A DNA stretch of 63,038 nucleotides, counting the filler, from Rhabdomonas costata (Eukaryota): the NCBI GenBank assembly GCA_019059605.1. It is 33 parts of 33 records of this genome, joined end to end, with 100 filler letters (N's around TTAATTAATTAA, not from the genome) between each part and the next. Parts side by side here need not be neighbours in the genome. Positions count along the whole stretch, not along the records: positions 45,923 to 47,733 come from JAHMHO010008706.1; positions 47,834 to 49,645 come from JAHMHO010008707.1; positions 49,746 to 51,566 come from JAHMHO010008708.1; positions 51,667 to 53,478 come from JAHMHO010008709.1; positions 53,579 to 55,390 come from JAHMHO010008710.1; positions 55,491 to 57,300 come from JAHMHO010008711.1; positions 57,401 to 59,212 come from JAHMHO010008712.1; positions 59,313 to 61,126 come from JAHMHO010008713.1; 25 more parts are not named here. One strand, written 5' to 3'. The position numbers and the translations under genes were made by a program. Below the pieces are notes generated by a model. It saw nothing but the letters and a program-made list of their open reading frames with translations. It did no database searches and was not told where the DNA came from. Each line of letters starts with the position of its first letter. Position 1 is the first letter of the stretch. Below, piece by piece: positions 46,802 to 59,669 of this stretch.

Positions 46802-49800
46802 TAGTTCAGTGAATCATATGACGAAAAGAAAAGAAATCGGAACTGCCACAGAAAAGGAGGCATGCCCATATAACAATATCATCATAAGCTTCCAAGATTA
46901 TTGCACCACGAATCTCTCGAAGGATCTCTCGAGTGGCTTCCTACCTCACAAGGATTGTCACAATATGACAGCCAATAACAGGAACTAATCTATAAAAAAC
47001 TCGAGCACAGCACACAACTTGTCTTCCATCCTCAGAACTGCCTATTTTGACAGGGCTCCCCTGCCGTCCCAATGGGGTGCATGCCTTCACGCAGACTTTT
47101 ATCGCATGCCCAACAAGCCCTTCCGAAGGAGCCACTCACAGTGATTAACATGTAAAAGCAAACGCCACTCTCTGCAAAGAGACATTCACTTTCGGATCGT
47201 GTATGGGAACAACAACAAATATCGCGAAATTTAGAGACACCGGGCCACACCGCGACCAACGGGAGCACTAGGGTGCTGAACCCTGCCCACCAGTTTCCCC
47301 AATATCTCTTATGACTGAGAAATGCAAACGGGTGGCGCTGAACAACGCACCGCATCAAAGCAGGACGGTGTGTCAGTGACGTGCCAATGACACTAAAAAG
47401 CAGAGTACCAGTCAAAGCAGTTCTTGAAACCACGGATCCTCGTCATGAAAACACATGATGTGAGCACACCAGAAGTAGACTACAGTGGAAATCGACCCCA
47501 CACACGCATTCATCGTTCCCCCAAACACACCTCTGCCTTCTCCAGTCTCTGCCGCCCCGACACGCTCGCAAGGACGGCGCAGACCACAGCCAAGAAGCAT
47601 ACCCCAACCCCACCCTCCTCGCAAAGAGAGGCACATATCTACAACAGCAAATGGGAGGGCATCAGCAGCCCAAACATCGCGGAAACCCAAAACCCACCAC
47701 TAAGAGTACAACAGTGTCAAGCCACCACAAACCNNNNNNNNNNNNNNNNNNNNNNNNNNNNNNNNNNNNNNNNNNNNTTAATTAATTAANNNNNNNNNNN
47801 NNNNNNNNNNNNNNNNNNNNNNNNNNNNNNNNNGGGGTGGGGTTGTCCAGCCATGATTTGGCCCACAAGATGGGTGAGGGAGGAATGACCGAGGGAATCG
47901 GCCATATAATTTGACGGGACTGGAATGAAATGGGACTTGTCCTCGGGCGAAACAGGAAAGAGGATTTGTGGGGGGAAAGGGCAAAACAGGAAAGATGCAA
48001 GCAAATCGATAGAATTTATTTAGGAACTGGTGCAAGGCAAAGATATGATCCAAAATGGGTTTTTTGTGTGGGCAGAAGCCGATGCGTAAGAATAATGCCG
48101 GATGCGAATGCCCAACCGATCATTGGGAGAAGAGCTTATAAATAAGTTCTGTGTTCTGAGCGGTTTCAACAACCGGTTGCCCTACGCGTCATCACGAAGC
48201 TGATCTACGATATTTTCTGCCCCATTTTCATGTTATTTAAATCCCATAAACAGCACTTTGCCAGATGAGGTCGGAGCAACCTCCTAGCAAAGTTCCCTTC
48301 GGCACAACGCCCCGTTGCATGAGGCCAATGTGTGTGTGTGTGAAAATCACAAACCTTGGACACAGGAAGCACAGAAGCACAAAAGAGCCGAATCTAAGAG
48401 AGGAAGGCTTCGAGGAGCGCCGCGCAGGCAGACGAAGAAAAAAGGCGCATGGAGGCGCAGGGAATGGCAGAAGACTGGGTGCTTTGTGGGGGTAAATTGA
48501 GAGGGGTGGTGGCCGCGGGCGGCGAGAAAAGGCCAAAGCCCACCACAGAAACGCACGGGGAGAACACACACAGAAGCCGGAAAGACGAAGCCCCGGAAAA
48601 CAGGTACGCCGGGAGGGTGCGGTCATCAAGCATGTCTTTGACGGTCGGAAGGCCGCTTCGGCCCTTGAACCCTTTGGAGATCTGGCGGCCATCGTATGGG
48701 ACTGCGGCCTCCCTCCTGCCGGCCGCTAAGCCAACGCGTGGCGCCGTTGACGCCACTCCCGCCACGCGGTCCGCAACCACAGTTTCTTCGCGGGGGCCTG
48801 TGGAACAAAGCCCTTTTTCTTTGCATGCCTACCTGGGGCTTCCGGTCCGGGTTTTGTGAAAAAGGGTTATTTTTGCGGCCCAAAACCAGTGTGGTCGAGC
48901 ACTGCGCCCTTACGGTCAAAAAGCAGGGGCTGCCAAAGCGGCAAAACCATAACCCAGGCCCTAATATTTGGGGATAATTTTGCAAGTTCAAACCCCGCAC
49001 AGCATTGCTTTTCCGGCGCAGTTCCACCACCGCCGTTCGCAGTTCAATTCGGTTCATTGCGGGAACGGCGCCGTCATCAAATCCGCCACGGCAGAAAACT
49101 TGAGACCTTCCACATCGGGCCTCGTGTGCTGTGCTGAGGGGGCGGTTTCTTGCCCCCCCCCTGATTGTTATACTTCCCCTACAACATCCCGGATTTTGCA
49201 GATGAATCGAATCCAGACGATTCAAAAATTTGCAAATCCATTCGTACCAAGCGTTTCGATTGGTGTCGCAGACAAGCGTGTGGGCCAAAGCAAAGAGCAA
49301 ACCCAAGGGAACACCCGCACAGGAAGAAACGCTTCAAAAGTGTTGCTAATCCTGGTGCAGTCAATCACAAAATGTGTCCGGCCATCCAGGGTGTCACAAA
49401 TGACAGAACGTGAACACGCGAAAATGTGAACCAGCTCGTATTCAAAATCATCTCCCTAGCCAACAGTGCGAATAATGGACGCACGCCGACAACCTCTGTC
49501 ACAAATGGAGGCGCACGCCAGCTGAAAAAAAAGCAGAACTAACTTTTCTCTGTTCGGGTCCAGCGTTCTTAGCAAAAATGGAAAGGAAGAGGTGAAGTAT
49601 GCGCAGAAACAACTGCGCTTCTCAGGAAAACAGCAACAACAAAAANNNNNNNNNNNNNNNNNNNNNNNNNNNNNNNNNNNNNNNNNNNNTTAATTAATTA
49701 ANNNNNNNNNNNNNNNNNNNNNNNNNNNNNNNNNNNNNNNNNNNNGGTCCGATCCTTGCATTTTTGCACCCCCATTCCACTGGCACATGTGAGAGGAGAA

Positions 49801-49979
49801 GATCTGTACCGTCCTGTAGGACAGCTCGTTGATTTCCCACTTCGTTTTGCTTTTGCATACATACTTTTTTTTTGCAAACCCTTTCTTTTTGCCCTCGCCT
49901 CTTTTCAGAAAACCAGTGCGTGCTGGGGTCGACAGCACCGCCGGTGGGGTACTCACTGAGCTCCGGCAGCTGCACTCAG

Positions 49980-50770
49980 GGAATCCCTCTCGCCCCCAGC
50001 GCTGTGCCGGGTTGTGGGGCGGGAGTCAGCTGCGCCTCGGGCTACGCCCAGCACCCTGTCGTGACTCCGGGCCTGAGCTGCGCAGAGCCCTCGCAGGGGT
50101 TCAGCCTGTTCGGGTGCTCCAGCGGTTTGTCTCCTTCCGGCTCTCGCTCCCTTCTACCGAAAATATCGAGGTGGCATGACGCTGCTGGTTCCAGCGGCTT
50201 TAAGCTCTCTGAGTTTCCAAGTGTCCAAGGAGCGGGCTGCCTTGAAAAGTGCTCAAGGGTTCCGCCTTGTGGCAGTCCTACTCTTTATTTGTATGTTGTG
50301 AAAGATTCCTTTGGGAACCACACGGAGCTGCAACACGCAGATTTTTGTTTGCCAAAAAACCAGCGAGTGTGCGTGATGCATCTCGTTATGACGACTACAA
50401 CAGAGGACCGATAGTGCTAACACTGGGATGACGAAGGGAATGCGGGTGTCCTCCGCCTGATCTGATTGTGCTGTTGCGCAAATCATTCTTGATGTCGTGC
50501 GTCACAACATAAACTTTACTCTCAGCTGCACAGCTCCATATCCTTTCTCGGATGTGCATCTCGCTTACCTTCAGCGATGGTGTGCGAGCTGCCCGTGCAC
50601 CTGCCCCCCGGGTACCAGACCCGTGCCCCGTGTGCGGGGTTCCAGCCCAACACTACCTGCGCTGCGTTCCTGCTCTGCAGCCCTGGGGCCATCTCAACGG
50701 GGCCGATCCGAATGAGCTGTGAAACTAGCTACGGCACCTTCAGCCTGTCCGGGTGCACCCCTGGCACTGC
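49980..50770 (+). CDS. Cys-rich repeat extracellular protein, exons 49980-50124 and 50575-~50763/50770
   Basis: Repeat unit C..GY/A......C......FSLxGC appears in both exons; phase-1 GT-AG join. Confidence 0.7.
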
Positions 50771-50891
50771 GTAGGCAACTGGCATGCACCCCTTTTAACC
50801 CCTTCCTTCCTCGTCTTCAGCTGTCTTGAGCAATCTCTTCCGTTGTAATTTCGGAGAAACATGGGAGTGGGGGCATACATCGGCATCATAG

Positions 50892-50926
<35 letters not shown>

Positions 50927-51666
50927 GTACCGTTATGGTTGTGAGATGGGTGTGGGCGGCCACGGAAACCGGAGGGTCATGTTCAGTTGGGTCCAACTGT
51001 GCGTGCCCCGAAACCGGTGGTGATGTTTTTTCAAGTAGATCATTCCCCTTCCCCCACCACGCCGCGGCGCGAAGACTGGTTTCGGTCACCAAACTTACCC
51101 AGCATTCCATTAAAGCCCAGCACGTGTCCTGTTTTCATTCAGTGACGTGTGAGGCACACAGTCGCGTGTTGAGGATAGTGGTACAGGATCCCTTGGTACA
51201 ACCCCCTGGTACAATCCCCTGGTACACAGGTTGCCCGTTGTTTCATTCAGCCAAAGTCCTGTATGTTAACTGCTAAAGTCTCTGGTGTCCAGGACAAAGT
51301 GTATGTGTACGTGCGGGTTTATTGGGTGGATAGATGTTGACCATCCGGAATCCGCAATCGGAGCAGAGCCCGTGTGTGTGTGTGGGCTGGATGCCAAAGA
51401 AAGAGTTCCTTGAGTTCCACGAGGGTGGGCGCGGTGCACAGAGGGGATTTCTGTTCTCTCTTTCTCTCTCTGTGAGTACGCGTCGAAACGCCAGTCACTC
51501 CAATAAGGCATGAGGTTTTATCTGCTCTGTTCAGAGTTCCGCGCTTTCACTCTCACAACACACACCNNNNNNNNNNNNNNNNNNNNNNNNNNNNNNNNNN
51601 NNNNNNNNNNTTAATTAATTAANNNNNNNNNNNNNNNNNNNNNNNNNNNNNNNNNNNNNNNNNNNN

Positions 51667-51978
51667 GGTTGGTGGTACACAACGTGATCTCCACCACCAT
51701 CCCCGTCCAGATCACGTTGTGTACTCCCATTCCAAGTACAATGTATCGCCGGTACGGGTACAGCCAGGGGATGGACAGCAGAATCGCAATGATCACCTGC
51801 GCCACCACTGCGGCGTGCATCAGGATGATATCAGTGTTGTGGGCGAGCATGCCGTTGGTGAATATGTCCAGCTCCGCCAGGAAGGCCGAGAGCAGGATCC
51901 AGCCCCGGCATGGAATGTAGTGCATGTGGGCCCAGTCCCGGTACTCCTGCACCAGAAAGAGTGTGCGCGATGCAACCA
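51667..51978 (-). CDS. Exon of a multi-pass membrane protein
   Basis: ctcacAG acceptor; hydrophobic helices (AAVVAQVIIAILLSIPWL; YIVLGMGVHNVIWTGMVVEI); high GC3. Confidence 0.65.
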
Positions 51979-53619
51979 CTGTGAGTTAATGGCAAAGCGT
52001 GGTTGTGGTTGGCTAAATTGGTGTTTCCTCGGGTTCTCGCTCTTTTTTTTAGCGTACTTGGTCCCGCACGACCTTGCGTATCAAGCGTAATCTACAGGAA
52101 GTAGCCCGTTGTGTAGCAATCGCGCTCGGAGGCTTGATTACGAACACAGAGATGGTTATGCCCGCAAGATCCACACCCAGCCAAGTTTGGCTTAGGCTTG
52201 CTTTGTTGGACATCGTTCAACATGACTTAATCACTTTCTTCAGGGTAAAAAATCGTGGTTCATCGCACGCACGGGATCTTTCGCAGAAAACCCACAGGAG
52301 ACCATAGAGGCAGGGTTCATAGCCAGTTCCCTCTTTTTTGTTTTTTGCGAAATAGCAACTCGGCTACTTACTAAAGTGCAGTGGAACGCCCGAGTTCAGG
52401 CTCTAACCAGAGTACATGGATGCTTCGTGCACTTCGGACTGGATTTTCTCAGGAACGCCCACCCCTGAGGCAGCTATAAGCCATAGCTGACCCTCGTCTC
52501 CCTCTCCCTCTCGGGGTGGCTCGTGTATGGAGCGGGGGGGGGGGCTAACGGAGGAGGTTACACTTCGCATTGGCCTTTTGGTTTGGGTGACCGGGAGAGT
52601 GTGCCTAACTGCAGCATCGGTTTGAATTTCTGCGAATTTTAGGCTCGAATCCTTGCGGGCTATCAAAAAAGGAACCACTGGTAACGTGTTGGCGTCGTCG
52701 GCAATGGAATATACATGATCTCGCTCGATATACCGTTCATACCATCTTTAGCACTGACACCTGAAAAAGCGGCAAGTTGGGAAAAAAGCTAGGCAATCGA
52801 AGGTTGCTTTCCACTTCCCTTTTATACTCGTTTTTCGGGCCGGATGTTTTTTGCAATGCTTTAAAGAACACAAAATTGCGATAATTTAGGCTCGAAAATG
52901 AGCAATTTCACATATCAAAACACGTTGTAAACACACACAAGAACACTAAAGGCAAGCAACGGGTGCGGAGAGGTCGAAAATTCGTGACAACTCCGACAGC
53001 GAGTTCAGCCGTTAGTCGCCATGATATCTAGCAATATCTAGCAAATTACACAGCCAGGGAGAGTTAACAGTTGCTAATGTCAACCCGCTTGTTGTTAAAA
53101 ACGCAGTACCATAACATTCTGAGTTCTGTTCAACCGAGCAAGCAGGACCACGAAAAAAAGGAGAAGGACAGGGAACCGGGGAAAGGAAAAAACGAAGGAC
53201 TTCAACGCAAGGACAAAAAACAAGAGGCGCTGGAATATAGAAAGCGCATAGTAACGAAGGAGCGATGCGGACACATTTTCATGTCCGTCTGACGTCTGAC
53301 GTAACAAAACCCTACTCACTCCCACATTTTCGCCTCGGAGCACCGCAAGTCAACGGACTCCAGGGAATGGGAACAACCCCCAGATCGGAAAGGATCCGCA
53401 CCGTTCCACTGTGGTCTCTCCCCAACAAGTGTCACTCCCAAGCTCCAATGCAATACAAAACACAAGGGCCAACACACANNNNNNNNNNNNNNNNNNNNNN
53501 NNNNNNNNNNNNNNNNNNNNNNTTAATTAATTAANNNNNNNNNNNNNNNNNNNNNNNNNNNNNNNNNNNNNNNNNNNNAAACGCGAGAGCCTCGACGCAC
53601 ACGCTTTCTGCTTTCGGAT

Positions 53620-55340
53620 GTGATGCCACCATCATACGCCTTGGCTGTGGCCAGCCGCCTCTCCTCCGCCCTGCGGCCCTTTCACAAGGTCTTTCCCCCG
53701 TTTGTGCTGGCCGTGGACCTCTTGTACAAGTCATGGTTTCTGTGCAGCCTGAGCCCCGTGATGGGGGTGGCCATGATGGTCCTCCTCCACCTGTGCATTG
53801 TGAAGCTGTACACTGACCTCCGCCCCCGAACCTGGCGGCGCTTTCTGGTGTATGCCCTGGTGGCCCCAGTGCTTCCTCTGGGGCAGTCCCTGAACATGAG
53901 GTGGCTTCGCGAGGGTACCCCGTGTTGCTCAGAAAAGTCCTTGGGGAGGCGAGTGCCCTTCCCCCTGTACCGGCGCCGGGGCATCTTCCCCGTTTTTGTT
54001 GTTGGCCAAGTGGTGTTTTGGTGTGCATCGCATGCCTTTTTGCCCCTTTCCGCATCATCCCCATGAACCAGGGTGTTGCCATGTGTGTGTGTGTGTGCGT
54101 GTGCGTGTGTGTGTCGGTGGGTGGTTCGGTGACAAAATCTGTTGTGGTTATGCACATTTTTTTTTCTACCCGAGCCGCGGGCTCAGGGATGACTTTGAAC
54201 ACCAGGCGAGTGCGTTGGATTGACAAAATCGACCCCGGGAGAATTTTTTTTGGCTTGCGTCACATTTTTTTTCGGTGTGCCCGTTTCATTTTTGCCCCCC
54301 TCTCTGCCAACTCACCCGTCTCCACTCTCCGCCCACCCAAAAATTTCGTTCCCTATTGCTGTCAGAGAACTCACGTCGTCCTCCAACTTGTGCAGAAATT
54401 CCTTCACGATTTGTGCTAGCTATTTATGTGTGTTACTGAAGTCGAGGCAGGTAGTTCACTGGGCTGCGTTTTGTTTTGTGCTGACTCTTGATCTTGCTCC
54501 CTCTTCATCCCCGTTCTTTATGCTTAGCAAAGCTGTGGTGGTTGTGGTGTTGGTAGCGCTATGTGTGTTATGGCAGTGTTGGGATGCCGAGATGCTGGCT
54601 ACGGTGGCCGCTGCTCCCCAGGCGTTATTGCTGCTTGACTTTTTTGTTGGGTTGTTTCCCTGCGGGGACAGGTATTGCAACCTGATGCACCCTTGGGACT
54701 CCAGCGACCCCGCCCGGGCCTCGCTGTTCGCGCAAATCGACGCTTTGCTCTCCCTGCTTGACTGCTGCAGCCACACCAACAACCTGCTGCATGCCTTCGA
54801 CCGCCACGCCTTGGTGGTGATGTGGGCCTGCATGATGCATGACGTCGTGCTGGGTGTCCATCCCCTCCAGCGCACACATCTCGAAATGTTGGCTGTTGAG
54901 TTTGGGGCAGCGGTGCGCTGGGCCACGTTTGCTCCTGTGCAATTTTGAACCTTGTGCTGACTTTCGCACAATAATTCGACATTCCAACGTTCGATATTAC
55001 CCGTCTCCCCGCCCCACCAAGGGACTTGGACATTGGACGGGGGGTTTGCTCAAAGCCAGTTTTGCTGCAAGCATCTTCGCTTAAAAGGTGAAGCAGTGCA
55101 TTCTTTATTCTTGTGGACAGAATGCTGTGCGTGCTGTATGTGTCTCCATTGTGTTCAGTTTGCTTTCCTATCGTCCTCGTTGCCGCAGGGGTTTTCCTGA
55201 ACCACAGTCGGTGCTTCATGGCCAGCTCTTCAGTCAGTCGCTGGCTGCTGTACGCTGCCATTCACACCCGCATCGCGAGTGTGCTGGGTGTCGCCGGGTG
55301 CATGGCTTTGCAGGACAGCGCCCACAGCTGGGTTGGGCTG
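53620..55340 (+). CDS. Multi-pass membrane protein, exons ~53620-53900, 54672-54853, 55189-55340
   Basis: In-phase GT-AG joins ...LGQSLNMR|YCNLMHPW...HDVVLG|VFLNHSRCF...; several hydrophobic stretches. Confidence 0.65.
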
Positions 55341-55490
55341 GTATGCCTCCCTCTTGGAGCAGTGGAACCCCCCCGAAGTAACACAAAACCNNNNNNNNNN
55401 NNNNNNNNNNNNNNNNNNNNNNNNNNNNNNNNNNTTAATTAATTAANNNNNNNNNNNNNNNNNNNNNNNNNNNNNNNNNNNNNNNNNNNN

Positions 55491-55702
55491 TGGATCAGCG
55501 CCACCACGCTCTGCGCGCCCTCCAGCATGTCCACCTCGGCGATTTCCCGCAGGCTCTGCTGGCCTTGGATGTAGGTCAGGTAGAACCCCAGGAAGCCCGC
55601 GATGACCATCAAAGCGATGAAGGCGGCGATGAGCAGCACCTTGAGCGAGAGCAGGTGGGTCACTGCCCTGCGGCAGAAGTCCTTCGCATTTGGGAAAGCC
55701 AT
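55491..55702 (-). CDS. Membrane receptor N-terminus (single TM, start of extracellular domain)
   Basis: MAFPNAKDF...LSLKVLLIAAFIALMVIAGFLGFYLTYIQGQQSLREIAE; architecture like 24172-22966. Confidence 0.65.
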
Positions 55703-56466
55703 CACTGAAGAAGGTACCAAGTATTGGGAGGGGAAAAGCAGGGTCCAAGGCAACAGGATTCCGCCGGAGAAGGCGACACAAGTGACAAAAGGAGACAAGC
55801 AAAAGAAAAAGACAATTGATAACTGAGATGCGTATTGAGGAGGAACTGAAAACATGGGAAAAAGACAGGTCATTACTAATGGGCAAGCCCATTGAGATCA
55901 CCCCCTGGATCAGGCTGCTTGGGGTACCATTAACTTTTCTGTGAGGTGCAGCACTTTGAGTTGGTCATGATAAACAAACCACATCAAAAAGGTTGACTCA
56001 AACTCGGGCATTTCGGACTTAAAAAAAGATGACCAGTGTGGTTTAAGGCAGATATTCTTTTTACTATTCTTTGCTTCTTTCCAGTTGTTCTTCTATTCCA
56101 TCTTGTACATCTCAACTCACACCCTTTACCTTGCAGGTGTCGCGGGTTGAAAGAAGGGCTACAGAATCCAGTGAAGGCGGTCTAAATTTGCACAAAGTGC
56201 TGCAAGAGTTTCCTATGTTTGACAGCAATTGGAGCGGTTCACAGTGAAAGATATACACGGAACGACCGAAACGGGCAGAAGATAGTGGCTGACAAAAGCA
56301 AAAAAAAATAGATATGACAACCTGCTGCAGTCAGTTTGCTTTCGGGTTTGGTGCTTGACGAACCTTCGTGGTTGTTCAGCCCTTTCTCCGTATAACAAAA
56401 AGGAATTCTCGGTTCGCATACTGCGCAGTAGAAAACACAGGAAAACCAAGTCACAGGGCCGCAGGC

Positions 56467-57300
56467 CTACCTAAACTTAAGATGAATGGACCTAAGCCAA
56501 CCCACCCGATCGTCAACGGAGACCATCCAGAACTCCCAGGTCACCGGATCACTGGGCGTCACCAAAGTTACCACAGTGCCGTTCCTGAGCGCCGGACCGG
56601 GCACCCACCGGTGAGCTTCACTGGGCTCAACCTGGAGCGGGGTGCTCGAAACGCCGTCGTCGCGTTGCACGATGGCCAGGGTGGTGCCCGAGCTCGGGTG
56701 CAGGTACTGCAGCTGGACAAAGCCTTCGCCTTTGCCTACCCAAGAAATCCTGCCAAACCCTACTGTGGGGCTGAGCTCTAGCAAGCAGACTTCAGAGCCA
56801 CCAGGAACAATCACTGGCGGGGACAGGAATTCCTCCCTGTCTCGGGAGAGGGTGGGCCGAATCCTGAGGCTGGTGGTTTGTAAGGGTGAACCCTGCAGAT
56901 GTGTAAACTGCCCAAGCTGGCCTGCGGGAGGAGCAGTCTCAGGTACTGCAGGAACAGAGGCGGGCGCAGGGGCATAGGGGCCAAAGGTCAGATTCCAGCG
57001 AAGGACATCGGGGTGGAGCATCCCTTGAAGCTGCGCGAGGATTTCCGGGCGGTTGGCCTGCCTTAGGAGGTTGCGGATCTTCGAGGAGGAGATGTCCGAC
57101 AGCTGAGGGCCCACAAGGAAGTAGCCGCGATCGTAGTCAGGCACATATGCCCTCACCGCTGCCACAAGGGCCTCAGTCCCATTTTGCTGGCCGGGATCTG
57201 CGGGACGATCCATAGTGATCAGCCTGTGGTTAGGCCTGCAATGGTTCCATTTGGAGTTCCTCAGCACATCGTCGGCACCATTCACGCTGTGGCGCACGAA
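56467..57300 (-). CDS. NMNAT/cytidylyltransferase-like C-terminal half fused to two SH3b-like domains (5'-truncated, intronless here)
   Basis: VNGADD...LITMDRP...SDISSSKIR...LHPDVLRW; then TSLRIRPT...GSEVCLL...GEGFVQLQYL and LRNGTVVTLV...FWMVSVDDRVGWLRSIHL-stop. Confidence 0.7.
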   Translation of the reverse strand, partial: FVRHSVNGADDVLRNSKWNHCRPNHRLITMDRPADPGQQNGTEALVAAVRAYVPDYDRGYFLVGPQLSDISSSKIRNLLRQANRPEILAQLQGMLHPDVLRWNLTFGPYAPAPASVPAVPETAPPAGQLGQFTHLQGSPLQTTSLRIRPTLSRDREEFLSPPVIVPGGSEVCLLELSPTVGFGRISWVGKGEGFVQLQYLHPSSGTTLAIVQRDDGVSSTPLQVEPSEAHRWVPGPALRNGTVVTLVTPSDPVTWEFWMVSVDDRVGWLRSIHLKFR

Positions 57301-57635
57301 NNNNNNNNNNNNNNNNNNNNNNNNNNNNNNNNNNNNNNNNNNNNTTAATTAATTAANNNNNNNNNNNNNNNNNNNNNNNNNNNNNNNNNNNNNNNNNNNN
57401 TGGGGGTGGTGGCAGTAAGTGTGGGCATAGATTTCCGATCGACCAAAAGGACCCAAAGGGGCCAATTTCATCAATCCCAATGCCATCTCAAAGCTTCGAG
57501 GATCCAACCCGTGACAATAAACTACAACAGAGTGGGCTTAATCATCTGGATTGGAGTGGATCCTGAGAGGAGGGTGACCTTCGAAGAAGAAGTACAAGCG
57601 AAGAGAAAGGGAAGTCGATGCGACTCAGCCAAAAC

Positions 57636-59127
57636 CTTCAGCAACATCCTCAGTGCCGGGCTCTGGATCCCCATCCAGGGAAACCCGGACATCTAGCAGT
57701 CCGGCGCGGAGGTTAACGTATAGGAAGAAAACATGAAAAAGACGGTACGCCGCCAAAGTGAGGCTGGAAACGTCAAGCTGGAGAATCTTCTCCCGGTACA
57801 GCTTCTCCGTAACCTTGAGAAGACAATTGGAAGAGAAGCCCTGACACGAAGGCGGGCGAGGGGGAAGGTTCACTCAACTGGCTGCGAACTTGCCAGGAAA
57901 AAACGGAGAATTGCTTTGTTTCATCGCATGCAATGGATTACCGTCTTTAATTTCCCCGATAAAAAACGGAGAACCCTTGTAGTAATTTGAATTTGAGATA
58001 GAAAATCACACACAATGAACTAAATCCGAACTGCAGCTGAAAAATCGGATGTACGTGGTGGTCAAACTCACACTCACATCACCAGTCCAATACACAACGC
58101 AATGCGAGCTCCCCACATAATTCCAAGCTCACTGAAGAAAGTAAGCACAACCCACCTCGTCGGTGAGGCCCTTCCTGGCGTAGCAGCGGACCTCGCGGAA
58201 CCAGTCCAGGCAAATGTCTTTTTCACGCTCGCTGTTGGCCTGCACATACAGAGTCTCCCAGAGGGTGGAAACCTGAGCACCCCCACACACACAAAAAAAA
58301 CAGAACCCAGATCAGATCCAGATCAGCAAAAAAGGCCCACAGAAGACGTAAATCCACATCGAAATACTAATAACTATTCAGCCATCCTTTCTGAAAGGGA
58401 AAGGAATGCAGCGTTTCTTGGAGTTGTGGGTAAACACCCCCAAACCAAACATCATCCTTCACAGCAATGTTGCGGTAAAGAGGGGCTGCGGAGTCCCAAA
58501 AGTGCACTATGTACAAAAGCACGCGGAATGGTGTGGAAAGGAGCACAAGGACCATCAACCGAAAAGAGAAAAAGACAACTTTTTTATAAGAAAGTGAATC
58601 TCGTGGCAATTCAACAAGTGACCAAGTGAGCAAGGTAAGGGGAGAGCTCCTGAAGGTTTATCTCAAAAAGAGTAAGAAAAAAAAGAGGCATGGACCCCCA
58701 ACACCCCCGGCAGAAAATCTTTTTGTCTTTCTGTCTGCGCAGTTTTCGATTGGTGAGTGTTGGGAAGATGAGTCGCTCCGGGGTCAGCTGTGCGGAAATT
58801 TGTTTTGCTTCGGTTAGTTGCGCGTAGGGAAAGTACTACAAGGCACCTCCATCTGTTGCAACACTTCCGAGCCTTCGCTGCCTTCGAAAATTATACTTAA
58901 GGGTTCTAAAACTTGCACTGCGCGGGAAGTTGGTGCGGGCACGATAGGTGGCTTGAAGTAAAGTAAAGGCATTGGCTCGCCCCCAAAAATGTAGGACCCA
59001 ATCGAGCTCCAGTTGTCGTGGACATGATCCCGGCCAGGATAGACTAAGCCATTTGCCTGCGCCCCCTTTCCAGGCAAGAGGAACAAAGCGTTCGGCATGT
59101 CCGCAAAGACGGGGTGCCCAACAATAG
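57636..59127 (-). CDS. Hypothetical protein, exons 59127-58847, 58239-58156, 57813-57772, 57692-57636
   Basis: Phase-0 GT-AG joins ...VLQQME|ANSEREKDICLDWFREVRCYARKGLTDE|VTEKLYREKILQLD|MSGFPWMGIQSPALRMLLK. Confidence 0.65.
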
Positions 59128-59669
59128 CTACGGCACACAGCAGCGGGCTATACTGTCTGAGACCACGGGGCAGAAAAAAATAAGGGAAAGAGCCGCCAAG
59201 GGGAACGGGTACNNNNNNNNNNNNNNNNNNNNNNNNNNNNNNNNNNNNNNNNNNNNTTAATTAATTAANNNNNNNNNNNNNNNNNNNNNNNNNNNNNNNN
59301 NNNNNNNNNNNNGGTTTGTGTGGTATCAGAGATGGCAAAAAAAGAGACGGGAGAGAATCCAGAAGCCTCAAGCACCTGCCCTTCACTGCGAGCTCCACGG
59401 TGCTAAGGTCATTTGCTGCCAGTTTTCGGATGCACGCCAGGGCTGTGCAGCGAGCAGTTTCCCCTCCCTACCTCAGAAACGGGCTGAACAACTGCAGAAG
59501 AACTGCTCAACAGACAAGGTACACATTTAGTCCTGGAAAAGGACTAAATGCACAGGTGGCAACACTACACTTGGATTGCTCCTCGTTTTCCGTAACCACT
59601 CCGAAATTCTCTTACATTTCTTTGTCTCAGTTCCCCGAAGGGAGAGCGGGGGATGGGGGGGTCGCGCAC

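Noticed and set aside
50764..50769. GC donor GCACTG after the Cys-rich exon
   Set aside because: A GT donor (50771) and an in-frame stop lie just downstream, so the site is ambiguous.
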